Of a DNA stretch of 64,000 nucleotides, positions 32,249-43,471 are shown one piece after another (positions within the stretch are counted from its first letter, which is position 1; each line of letters opens with the position of its first letter). The notes below the pieces were generated by a model that was not told the DNA's origin, made no database searches, and saw only the letters and a program-made list of their open reading frames with translations. Location: positions 1-64,000 of the forward strand of contig CAVVUS010000010.1 in the NCBI GenBank assembly GCA_963751345.1. Direction: 5' to 3'. The DNA comes from an uncultured Chloroflexia bacterium. GTDB lineage: Bacteria; Chloroflexota; Anaerolineae; B4-G1; SLSP01. Made by a program: the position numbers and the translations under genes.

Positions 32249-33267
32249 TGGTGGATAGCGACCCGTCAACACCCGAGTTGGCGTTCTGGCACGAGCGGCC
32301 CGTCCTGGTCACGGGCTGTACCGGCCTGCTGGGTTCGTGGCTGGTGGAGACGCTCCTTTCCGCTGACGCTATCGTCGTGGGTCTGATCCGCGATGAGGTG
32401 CCGCAGTCGCAGTTGGCCAGATCCGGCGCACTCGGACGTATTCGTGTCGTCCACGGTGACGTCACCGACTATGCCACGGTCGAACGCGCGCTCAACGAAT
32501 ACGAGATCGAGGCGGTCTTCCACCTGGCCGCCCAGACGATTGTGGGTATTGCCAACCGAAGCCCGCTCTCTTCCTTTGAGTCGAATATCAGGGGTACCTG
32601 GGTCGCCCTGGAAGCGGCCCGCCGCAGCCCGACGGTCCATCGCATCGTTGTCGCGTCAAGTGACAAGGCCTACGGAACCCAGGCAAGGCTACCGTACACG
32701 GAGGATATGCCCCTTCAGGGACAGCATCCCTACGACGTCTCCAAGAGTGCCGCAGACCTGATTGCTCAGAGCTACGCCGTGACCTACGGGCTGCCTGTGG
32801 CGATTACCCGGTGTGCCAATCTCTTTGGTGGGGGAGATCTCAACTGGAACCGGCTCATCCCCGGGACCATACGAAGTGCGCTACAGGGGCAGCCGCCATT
32901 GATTCGTTCCGACGGCACCTTTATGCGGGACTACCTCTACGTTCGCGATGCAGTTCGGGCTTACTTGATGTTGGCAGAAGCACTGGATCGGCCCGAGATT
33001 CGCGGCGAAGCGTTCAACTGCGGCACGGATAGCCCGATGAGTGTACTGGATATGACCCGTTTGATCCTGAAGCTCTCGCCACACCCGGAGCTTGAGCCTA
33101 TCGTGCTCGATGAGGTGCAGAACGAGATCAAGGACCAATACCTCGACAACACCAAGATCCGTCGCGCGATTGGGTGGGCGCCGGCTCACTCGCGGGAGGA
33201 CGCGCTTCGTGAGACGCTTACGTGGTACGAAGGATACCTAAAAACGTTGGAACGTCAGAACGTTTGA
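32248..33267 (+). CDS. rfbG: CDP-glucose 4,6-dehydratase-like SDR
   Basis: 'VTGCTGLLG', 'HLAAQ', 'SSDKAY', 'YDVSK', 'GGGDLNWNRLIP'. Confidence 0.8.
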   Translation: MVDSDPSTPELAFWHERPVLVTGCTGLLGSWLVETLLSADAIVVGLIRDEVPQSQLARSGALGRIRVVHGDVTDYATVERALNEYEIEAVFHLAAQTIVGIANRSPLSSFESNIRGTWVALEAARRSPTVHRIVVASSDKAYGTQARLPYTEDMPLQGQHPYDVSKSAADLIAQSYAVTYGLPVAITRCANLFGGGDLNWNRLIPGTIRSALQGQPPLIRSDGTFMRDYLYVRDAVRAYLMLAEALDRPEIRGEAFNCGTDSPMSVLDMTRLILKLSPHPELEPIVLDEVQNEIKDQYLDNTKIRRAIGWAPAHSREDALRETLTWYEGYLKTLERQNV

Positions 33268-33293
33268 ACGTTCAACCGTTGGGGCTGACACTT

Positions 33294-34260
33294 ATGCATT
33301 TGGAACCTACACGAGTCTTTCTCACCGGCGCCACCGGTTTCATCGGTCGGCGCCTTGCTGCGGCGCTTCTTCAGGCCGGGTGTGAGGTCGCTGCCCTCGT
33401 CCTGCCCGGCGAGGAGGATCTCCTGCCCGCGGGGGTCCGCGGCATAGTCGGTGACGTGACGGATGCGGTCGCGGTCGAGCAAGCGCTGTCGGCCACGAGA
33501 CCGGAGGTCATCTTTCACCTCGCAGCCATCGGCACCACGGATACGGGGCTGCCGATGCACGAGGCTTCCAGCGTCAATGTCGGTGGGCTGATCGCCCTCC
33601 TGGATGCCGTCCGCGCCCTTCCCAGCCCTCATCCGGAGGGAAAGGGAGAAGGAGTCCGGCGGCTGATCCTCATCGGCACATCGTATGAATACGGCGCCCG
33701 GCGCGCGGACGATGGCCTGGATCCCTTCAATCCTTACAGTGCCTCGAAGGTAGCTGCCTGGGCTTTTGCCCGTGCTGCCTACAATGCCTGGGGCCTCCCC
33801 GTGGTCTCCGTCCGCCCCTTTCAGGTCTATGGTCCCGATCAGCGGCGTGAGGCGTTGGTGCCGGCGGCAATCCTGGCGGCTCTCAACGGCGAGGACTTCC
33901 GCATGACGAAAGGTGAGCAGCAGCGAGACTTCGTCTTCGTCGATGACATCGTTGAGGGTCTGCTCGCGGCGATGGTCGCCCCCGGCATTGAAGGACGGGT
34001 GGTGGATCTGGGTACCGGCAAATTGACGCGGGTGCTGGACGTCGTCGAGCGAATCTGGGAACTGACGGAGGCACGTGGGCGCGTGCTTGCGGGGGCGCTC
34101 CCGTATCGCCCCGGTGAGGTCACCGCGATCCCCGCCGATGTCGGGCGGACGCGGTTGCTGACCGGATGGGAGGCGCGTGTCTCGCTTGACGAGGGACTGG
34201 CGCGCACGATTCGTGCGTTTGAGCCCTACGCCCCGCAGGCCGAACGTGCCAACGTGCCAA
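33294..34260 (+). CDS. NAD-dependent epimerase/reductase (CDP-dideoxyhexose 4-reductase-like); possibly fused to the next gene
   Basis: 'TGATGFIG', 'YSASK', 'GEQQRDFVFVDD', 'LPYRPGE'; end uncertain. Confidence 0.7.
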
Positions 34261-34269
34261 CGTCGCCAA

Positions 34270-35592
34270 CGTGCAGACGTTTCGGTCGAGAAGTCTCGCC
34301 TGCGCGACGAGATTCTCGCCAAGGTCGGTGAGTACTACCAGGTCGCACATCGGGAGAAGCCCTTTGTCCCCGGCGAGACGTTCGTGAACTACGGCGGGCG
34401 GGTCTACGATGCCCGCGAGCTGCAGAGTGCCGTGGATGCGATTCTCGACTTCTGGCTGACGGATGGGCCGCGGGTGGAGACGTTTTCCGAGGCGCTGGGC
34501 GCCTACCTGGGTGTCAAACATATCCTGACGGTCAATTCCGGCTCGTCGGCCAACCTGGTGGCGATGACGACCCTGCGCTCGCAGCAGCTTGGCCATCCGC
34601 TCCAGGAGGGCGATGAGGTCATCACGCCGGCTGCGACGTTCCCCACAACGGTGGCCCCGATCGTGCAAAATGGGCTGGTCCCGGTCTTCGTCGACTGCAA
34701 GGTGGGTACCTACAACATCGACGTCGATCTGCTCGACGCGGCGCTCTCCGAGAGGACGCGGGCGATTTTCGTCCCGCATATCCTCGGCAATCCGGTGGAG
34801 ATGGACGTCGTCATGGCCTTTGCCAAAGCCCACGATCTCTACGTCATCGAGGATACCTGTGATGCCCTCGGAAGTATCTACGACGGCACGCCGTGCGGTG
34901 CCTTTGGCGATCTGGCCACGTTTAGCTTCTACCCGGCGCATCACATCACCACCGGAGAGGGCGGGGCCGTCGGCACCAACGATGCCCGGTTGCACCACAT
35001 CGCGCACGCCATGCGCGACTGGGGTCGCGATTGCTGGTGTGACCACCGGAGCAGCCGCGATGGCGAATGCGGACGCCGCTTCGACTGGGAGATTCCCGGC
35101 CTCGGCGAGCCCTACGATCATCGCTACTATTTCACGGAGATCGGTTACAACCTGAAAATGACCGATATCCAGGCCGCGATCGGCATTCCGCAGATCGACA
35201 AACTGGATGACTTTGTTGCCGCGCGTAAGCGGAATTTCCGCGTCCTCTATGATGCGCTCTCCCGCTATGAGGACCGGCTGATCTTGCCGGCATGGAGCCC
35301 GAAGGCCGACCCGGCCTGGTTCGCCTTCACGCTTGCCGTTCGGGAGTCTGCCCCCTTCTCGCGGCGCGAGCTGAACGAGTATCTTCGCGAGCGCAAGGTT
35401 GAGACGCGCTACCTATTTGCCGGGAACATCCTGCACCAGCCGGGATATCGCAACATTCGACATCGCGTCGCTACCCCCCTGACCGAGACCGACCGCGTGC
35501 TCAAGTCCGCCTTCTTCATCGGGGTCTATCCCGGGATGGACGACGCCCGCTTGGGCTATATGCTGCAGGTCTTTGAGGACTTCCTGGGATGA
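34270..35592 (+). CDS. rfbH: CDP-4-keto-6-deoxyglucose 3-dehydratase (RfbH/DdhC); start uncertain
   Basis: 'NSGSSANL', 'FPTTVAP', 'EDTCDALGS', 'SFYPAHHITTGEGG' (His in place of PLP Lys), 'RDWGRDCWC', 'GYNLK'. Confidence 0.9.
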   Translation, partial: RADVSVEKSRLRDEILAKVGEYYQVAHREKPFVPGETFVNYGGRVYDARELQSAVDAILDFWLTDGPRVETFSEALGAYLGVKHILTVNSGSSANLVAMTTLRSQQLGHPLQEGDEVITPAATFPTTVAPIVQNGLVPVFVDCKVGTYNIDVDLLDAALSERTRAIFVPHILGNPVEMDVVMAFAKAHDLYVIEDTCDALGSIYDGTPCGAFGDLATFSFYPAHHITTGEGGAVGTNDARLHHIAHAMRDWGRDCWCDHRSSRDGECGRRFDWEIPGLGEPYDHRYYFTEIGYNLKMTDIQAAIGIPQIDKLDDFVAARKRNFRVLYDALSRYEDRLILPAWSPKADPAWFAFTLAVRESAPFSRRELNEYLRERKVETRYLFAGNILHQPGYRNIRHRVATPLTETDRVLKSAFFIGVYPGMDDARLGYMLQVFEDFLG

Positions 35593-36329
35593 AGCTTTCG
35601 CTCATCATCTGCGCCTACAACGAGAGAGAGACGATTCTGCCTGTGCTCGACCGCGTCCATCGCGCCCCCCTGTTCCCGGGATGGGAGCGCGAGGTCGTCG
35701 TCGTGGACAACGCCTCGACGGATGGGACGCAAGACCTGCTGCAGAGCATCGACTACGCCGACACGCGCGTGATCTATCAGCCCCGGAATATGGGGAAGGG
35801 AACGTCGATCCGCACCGCGATTCCTGAATGCACCGGCGACTATGTCTTTATCCAGGACGCGGATTTCGAATACGATCCCGGCGACTATCCGCTCTTCCTC
35901 GAACGAGCGACGCGGGATTGTCCGGCGGCCATTTTCGGGTCGCGGACGCTGGGGGGACGTGCTATCTACAAGTACGTCGCCAACTATTGGGGCGTGCGAT
36001 TCCTTACGGGCTTGACCAATCTGCTTTACGGCGGACACCTGACCGATGTCGCTACGGCATCAAAGATGGTGCGTACGGATATCCTGAACCAGCTCTATCT
36101 CACGGGAAGCGGGTTCGACCTTGACTTCGAACTGCCGGACAAACTGCTGCGCGCCGGCTATGAAATCGTCGAGGTCCCCATCCGCTACACGCCGCGCACC
36201 GTCGAGCAGGGCAAGAAGATCCGACCTTGGGATGGCCTGTGGGCGTTGCGGGTCATCCTGCGTGATCGTTTCATCCCGATGAATAGGGTTGTCCAGTTCC
36301 GTTCAAACGTTCAGACGTTTCCACGTTGA
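35589..36329 (+). CDS. GT2 glycosyltransferase (DPM-synthase-like)
   Basis: 'IICAYNE', 'VVDNASTDGT', 'NMGKG', 'IQDADFEYDP'. Confidence 0.88.
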   Translation: MKLSLIICAYNERETILPVLDRVHRAPLFPGWEREVVVVDNASTDGTQDLLQSIDYADTRVIYQPRNMGKGTSIRTAIPECTGDYVFIQDADFEYDPGDYPLFLERATRDCPAAIFGSRTLGGRAIYKYVANYWGVRFLTGLTNLLYGGHLTDVATASKMVRTDILNQLYLTGSGFDLDFELPDKLLRAGYEIVEVPIRYTPRTVEQGKKIRPWDGLWALRVILRDRFIPMNRVVQFRSNVQTFPR

Positions 36330-36360
36330 CGCGTCTTCGACGCACGCAAAGGAGCATCAC

Positions 36361-37323
36361 GTGAATATTGTCGTTACCGGCTCGATTGCCTTCGACTACC
36401 TGATGAACTTCCCGGGCAACTTCCTGGAGCACGTCAAGCCTGACCGGATTAACAAGCTCAGCCTGAGCTTCCTCGTCGACGAGATGGTAAAGCGGCGCGG
36501 CGGGTGTGCGCCCAATATCGCCTACAGCCTCGCCCTCCTGGGAGAGCATCCTGTGGTGATGGGCACGGCCGGCCAGGATTTCGGGGAGTACGGGGCCTGG
36601 TTGGCCGCCCACGGCGTGGATATCTCGGGCATCAAGATCGTGCCCGATGTGTTCACTGCCTCCTTCTTCGCGACGACGGATCAAGAGCTCAACCAGATTG
36701 CCAGCTTCTACACGGGTGCGATGGCGTATGCTCGCACGCTGTCGTTTCACGACCTCCCGGCACCGGTGGACCTGACCATTGTCTCGCCCAACGATCCGGA
36801 GGCGATGGACAAGTATCCCCGCGAGTGCCGTGACCTCGGCATTCCCTATATCTATGATCCCGGCCAGCAGGTGGTGCGGGCCACGCCGGAATCGCTCTGC
36901 AACGGGGTGGTCGGGGCCGACATCCTCGTGGTGAACGACTATGAGTATGAGTTGTTGAAGGACCGCACCGGGATGAGTGACGCCGACTTGCAGCAGGCCG
37001 TCAAGCGCGCCGTGATCGTTACGCTGGGAGCAGAGGGTGCCGTGATCCGGCTCGGTGGAGGATCCGAGATCCACGTGCCGGCGGCGCCACCCACGCAGAT
37101 CGTGGACCCCACGGGCGTAGGGGACGCCTTCCGGGCTGGGTTGATCAAGGGACTGGCTCTGGGGCTGCCGTGGAGCGCTTGTGGCCGAATCGGCAGCTTG
37201 GCCGCGACTTATGTTCTCGAGACAAAGGGGCCACAGACGCACGCATACACGCTGGGCGAGTTCGTGGCGCGGTATCGCGCCACCTTCGGTGAGGATGAGG
37301 CAACGGACGCGTTAGCACGTTAG
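36361..37323 (+). CDS. PfkB family kinase, adenosine kinase-like
   Basis: 'GSIAFDYLM', 'SLSFLVD', 'RGGCAPNIAY', 'NDYE', 'DPTGVGDAFRAG'; adjacent to ahcY. Confidence 0.85.
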   Translation: MNIVVTGSIAFDYLMNFPGNFLEHVKPDRINKLSLSFLVDEMVKRRGGCAPNIAYSLALLGEHPVVMGTAGQDFGEYGAWLAAHGVDISGIKIVPDVFTASFFATTDQELNQIASFYTGAMAYARTLSFHDLPAPVDLTIVSPNDPEAMDKYPRECRDLGIPYIYDPGQQVVRATPESLCNGVVGADILVVNDYEYELLKDRTGMSDADLQQAVKRAVIVTLGAEGAVIRLGGGSEIHVPAAPPTQIVDPTGVGDAFRAGLIKGLALGLPWSACGRIGSLAATYVLETKGPQTHAYTLGEFVARYRATFGEDEATDALAR

Positions 37324-37376
37324 CACGTTGGAACGTGCTCAACGTTCAAACGTGTCAACGTTCTACATACGACTAA

Positions 37377-38651
<1,275 letters not shown>

Positions 38652-38754
38652 ACTACAGGCGTTTACACGTTGGCACGTTTGAACGTTTCAACGTGTTAAC
38701 GTTCAAACGTGCCAACGCCATCAACCTATCATCGCTGAAAGAGTCAACGCAGCC

Positions 38755-41702
38755 ATGAGTGAACGGGTCACGACGTGGGGCGACCTGCTCGAACGTCGCA
38801 TGGGGCAATGCTTCGTCGGGCGGCGCCGGGAGATCGAACCTTTTCGGCTCAACTTTCTCTACACCGTCCCTCCCACGCTTCTCTTCATCGCCCAAGGTCC
38901 ACCCGGCATCGGCAAAAGTGCCTTGCTGGCGCAGTACCGTGCTATTGCCAGGGAACATGGCTTTGTGACGGCATCTGTGGAACGGTGGGACATCCGTCTG
39001 CCCGGGGAGTTCGCCGCCGTGCACGCGATGTCTGTGTTGGCCAGGCAGTTGTCGACTGCAGGCGTGCCGCTGACCACATTCAGCGAGGTCTACCGCGAGT
39101 ACACGGGTGCGCTCCAGGCCATCGAGCGGGATACTTCGGCGCCCGGTCACGTATGGGATCTCTTTGGCGGAGTCGCCGACGCGGACCCCTGGGCCGCGCG
39201 CGCATGGGACGAGTACCTCGTGCGCACGTTCCCGCTGCGGCGGTCCCCTCTGATCAGGGATCCTGTCGGATCCTTGACCGAGCGCTTCGTCCTGGATCTG
39301 AATGCCTGGGCCACCGTGCGCCGGATTGTGCTCTGCTTTGATGATTGGCAGATATCCGCCGAGCAAGGTTGGGTGGAGGCGGCACGACTCGACCAGGAGC
39401 CGGCCGAGGCTGCGGGCGCCCACCGCGCTGGTTTCTACCTCGAGGACTGGCTTTATGCACTGCTGGCCCACGGCGGGCTCAGCACCAACATCTGGTTTCT
39501 GTTGGCGGATCGCCACCCCCTTCCGGATGTCTGGGAGTCCCTCTCCTCTGTCACGACCACCTTCGATCTCCAGCCGCTCTCGCACCGCGAGAGCATCGCC
39601 TTGCTCCGCGATGCCGGCGCCACGAACGACGCCGTCGCCTCACGAGAGGCGGACCAGGCAGAGGGCAACCCTCTGTGGCTCACGCTGCTGGCGAGCGGCT
39701 CCGACCACGTCGCGGCCGACGCAGGTGTGACACCCCTCGAGAGTTATATCGCCTCCCTGGAGCCGGTCCTGCGCGCGGCTGTTCTGAAGTGCGCAGCGGC
39801 TCGGTGGCTGGACGAGGGCGTGATCGCCGTTCTGTTGGGAGATGAGGCTGTGGCCCGCGTGATGGCATGGCTCAAACGCACGCCGCTGGTGGCGAAGTGT
39901 GGGGAGGGCTGGCGGTTCCAGCAGGCGATCCGCGCCCCACTCGAGGAGCTTGCCAGGCTTGCGGGTAGTTCTACGTGGGAGGCAGCGCACCAGACGCTGT
40001 CGGCCTATTACCGCCAGCGGTCCGAATTATCCGGCGTGGAGCCTCAGTACCTCGAGCCCGAGTGGCAGCGAGATCACCTGGAGGCCCTCTACCACAATTT
40101 CATCATCGGCGACGAGGCCACGGCCCTCAATGCAGGGATGCTCAGCTTTCTGAATGGCGTACGCCAGTTCTATCCCTGGGCCGGTGCCGTCGCCGAAGTG
40201 TGGACAGAAGCCTCTAACGTGATCTGCGCCGGGCAGGCGTGCGATCCTCCGGGTGCCGTACAGGTCTGGGAACAGCGTGTCAGCGGCGGCTGGCAGGCGC
40301 TTGCAACCCGCGATTGGGCGGCGATTTACACTTTTGCAGACGAGGGTCTTGAGGCCGACACGTGGGACCCCGAGGTTCGCCAGTCCCTGCGCGCGCTGAG
40401 TCAGCTCGCCGCGGGGCGCCTGGCGTTACCTGTCGAGGAGGAGGAAGCGCCTGAGCTTTCCCTCCCCGTCCCTCCCCGCGGCTTCGTGCAGGACAAGCCC
40501 TCCGAAAGGGAGGAGGCCCAGACGCCGTCCGCGGCGCATCCGCCGTCCGAGGCGCGACGCCGTCCGAGGCGCGTACGCCGTCCGAGGCGCGTACGCCGTC
40601 CGCGGCGCCTGAACCTTCCGTCGCCTGTGAGTTGCCGGTCAGCGAGGCCACATCACAATCGGATGGCGTTCCTATAGAGGAGCTTGCTTCGGATCAGGCC
40701 GAGGCGGATCGTGCCCTTGCGACCGTTGAGGAAATGTCCGTCGAGCACTGCGGATATGCCAATGCGCGCCTGGATGAGGGCGCCTATGACGCGGCGATCG
40801 AGGCCTACGATCAGGCACTGGCGCTGAACCCCGACTACATTGCTGCCTTTTACAATCGGGGGGTGGCATATGCCCGCATAGGGGTCCTGGACGGAGCTAT
40901 AGCGGATTTCACGCACGTGATAGAGCTGGACCCGGACCAGATCCAGGCATACCGCCAGCGAGGCCTGATATTTGCCCGAAAGGGTGAGTTCGATCGGGCG
41001 ATCTCCGACTACGACACCGTGCTCCGCAGCTCTCCGCCTCTCAGGTCTCCCCGAGTAGCGGGACTCTCTTCAACCGAAGAAGAAGCAGGAGAGGCAACGC
41101 TCGCCGCATCGGTCTACTATGACCGTGCCAACGCCTACTTCCGGCTGCGCTCCTACGTGCGGGCAATTGAGGACTACACCGAAGCCCTGGAGCGGGCGCC
41201 GGGTCATGTTGAAGCCTATCTCAATCGCGGTCTGGCTTACGCTGCGCAGGGCAACTATCCGGAGGCGCTGCGCGACTACAACCAGGCGATTGCGCTGGAC
41301 CCCAACCGGGGAATCGCCTACAGTCACCGTGGGCAGGCGTATGCGCGGCTCGATCGACACACAGAGGCGCTGGCGGACTATGAGCATGCCCTGGCCCTCA
41401 ACCCGCGTGACGCTGCGGTGCTCAACAACCGTGGCCTGCTCTACGTTCGGATTGCGGCGTATCCCGAGGCCATCGAGGCCTATCAGCGGGCGATGGCTAT
41501 TGAGCCGGATTGGGCCACGCCCTACTACAACGCAGCCTGTGCTGCGGCGCTCATGGAGGATCCTGAGCATGCCACAATTTGGCTGGCGAGGGCGATTGGG
41601 CTGCGTGAGGGCTATCGAGCGATGGCGCTGAAGGATCCGGACTTCAACCCTATCCGCGAGGAGACACGCTTCAGGGCGCTTGTTGGCCTGGGAGATGCTT
41701 AG
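38755..41702 (+). CDS. P-loop NTPase (STAND-like) with C-terminal TPR array; split by a 1-bp loss in a tandem repeat at ~40556
   Basis: 'FVGRRRE', Walker A 'GPPGIGKS', Walker B 'LCFDD', 'GNPLWL'; multiple 'AYxNRG' TPRs and terminal 'YYNAAC...DPDF'. Confidence 0.75.
40522..40610 (+). repeat. five tandem 18-bp coding repeats, one unit 17 bp
   Basis: ACGCCGTCCG(A/C)GGCGCGT units. Confidence 0.85.
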
Positions 41703-43246
41703 CCGTCTTCGTTCGCACCTGCTGCCAACTGCTCCTCGATGGATGCCGCGAGGTCCCTTAGGCGGACAGGTTTGCTGATGTAGGCGTTTGCCCCTGCTTC
41801 CAGACACCGCTCCTGATCGCCGGGCATCGCCAGGGCTGTCAGGGCTATGATCGGGATGTCGGCGGTCTCTTTGTTGCCCCGGATGCGTCGGGTGGCCTCG
41901 AGGCCGTCCATCACCGGCATCTGGATGTCCATCAGGATGATGTCGGGGTGATCCTCGATGGCGTGACGGATGGCCTCCGCACCGTCTCTGGCTCGAAGGA
42001 CGTGATATCCTCGGGAGACCAGAAACTTCTCTATCGGGCGCAGTGCCGCTTCGTGATCCTCCACGAGCAAGACGTGCGCCTGGGCGAATGCAGTTGTTGC
42101 GGACTCTGCGGCTTGTTCTTCCAGTGGCGCCTGCTGTCCGCCGGTCGCGGGAACCTCCCAGGGCAGTGACACCGTGAATCTACTTCCCTTGCCCATCTCG
42201 CTCTCCACCGCTATGGTTCCGTTGTGGAGCTCCGTCAAGCGCTGCACCAGGGCCAAGCCCAAGCCCGTGCCCTCGTACCGCCGCGTCAGTGAGCTGTCCA
42301 GTTGCACGAAAGGCTGAAAGAGACGCTCCATATCATCGGGCGCGATGCCGATGCCGTTGTCCCAGACGACAAAGTGCACGGACCGTGTCTCGGCGTCCCC
42401 GACCACACGGAGGCCGAGCGCGCCCTCGGTGGGCGTGAATTTGACGGCGTTGCTCAGCAGGTTGACGAGGATCTGCTTCAGGCGACGCTCGTCGGCCTGG
42501 ATCGTCGTGACCGCCGGATCGAGCGCCAGATCGACGGATAGCCGTTTCCTCTTGGCCTGTGGCTCGATCAGCTGAATGCTCGATCGACAGACGCCTTCGA
42601 CCGTCGCCGGCGAGATCTCGAGCGCCAGCATACCGGCCTCGACTTTCGAGACATCCAGGATATCCGTGATCAGCGAGAGCAGGTGTTCGCCGCTCTCTTG
42701 AATAGCCTGCATAGGTTTTTCCTGTCGCGGGTCGAGCGGCCCGTAGATCCCGCTCTGCAGGATCTCCGAAAACGTCAGGATGACGGTCAGCGGCGTCCGG
42801 AGTTCGTGGCTCATATTCGCCAGAAACTCATCTTTCATACGCCCTGCCCGTGCAAGCTCTGCGTTGACCTTCCGCAGCTCCTCCGCATGTACTCGGATTT
42901 CCTCGACGGACGCATCTTGGATCAGTTGGTGTACGTGGTGCTCCGATTCCTGGTAACGCCTGATGTAGAGTGCGGTCACGAGCCCGAACGCCAGACACAC
43001 GATCAGGAACGTTAGCCTGACCAGAAGTGCATGACGCGGAACGGTAAGCAGCAGAGCGTCGATCAGTGAACGATAGTGCTCGTCGGAGATGGGCACGACG
43101 CCGGCCCTCGCATCATAGAAGTGATGCACGGCGTCGGCCAGCCAGAAGAGAAGGCCCGCAGCGACGGATATCTCCAAAGGGATAAGAGCGTGACCAGGTC
43201 GGTCCGGATGTGCAACCGAATCGGGCTTGGCAGCAGGCGACTTCAT
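41699..43246 (-). CDS. membrane hybrid sensor histidine kinase / response regulator
   Basis: Two TM segments, 'SHELRTPL', 'NLLSNAVKF', 'DNGIG', 'GTGLGL', receiver 'LMDIQMP'. Confidence 0.92.
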   Translation of the reverse strand: MKSPAAKPDSVAHPDRPGHALIPLEISVAAGLLFWLADAVHHFYDARAGVVPISDEHYRSLIDALLLTVPRHALLVRLTFLIVCLAFGLVTALYIRRYQESEHHVHQLIQDASVEEIRVHAEELRKVNAELARAGRMKDEFLANMSHELRTPLTVILTFSEILQSGIYGPLDPRQEKPMQAIQESGEHLLSLITDILDVSKVEAGMLALEISPATVEGVCRSSIQLIEPQAKRKRLSVDLALDPAVTTIQADERRLKQILVNLLSNAVKFTPTEGALGLRVVGDAETRSVHFVVWDNGIGIAPDDMERLFQPFVQLDSSLTRRYEGTGLGLALVQRLTELHNGTIAVESEMGKGSRFTVSLPWEVPATGGQQAPLEEQAAESATTAFAQAHVLLVEDHEAALRPIEKFLVSRGYHVLRARDGAEAIRHAIEDHPDIILMDIQMPVMDGLEATRRIRGNKETADIPIIALTALAMPGDQERCLEAGANAYISKPVRLRDLAASIEEQLAAGANEDG

Positions 43247-43471
43247 GATTGTAGATTCACTCCTCCGGTGGGAGGTCGATCGGGATGGTCACCGCCTCTC
43301 CTCCGTCCAGGAGAGCGACACGCCGTTCCCCAGTATACAGGCCAACCCGTAGTTTGCACTGGTCGCAACCCTCACGCCCAATCATACTTGTGGCACTGGC
43401 TACAAAAAGCGGGGAATTACAATATAATCATAGGCAAAAATCAGCAGGCTAGTGAATGAGCGAGTCAGCGA

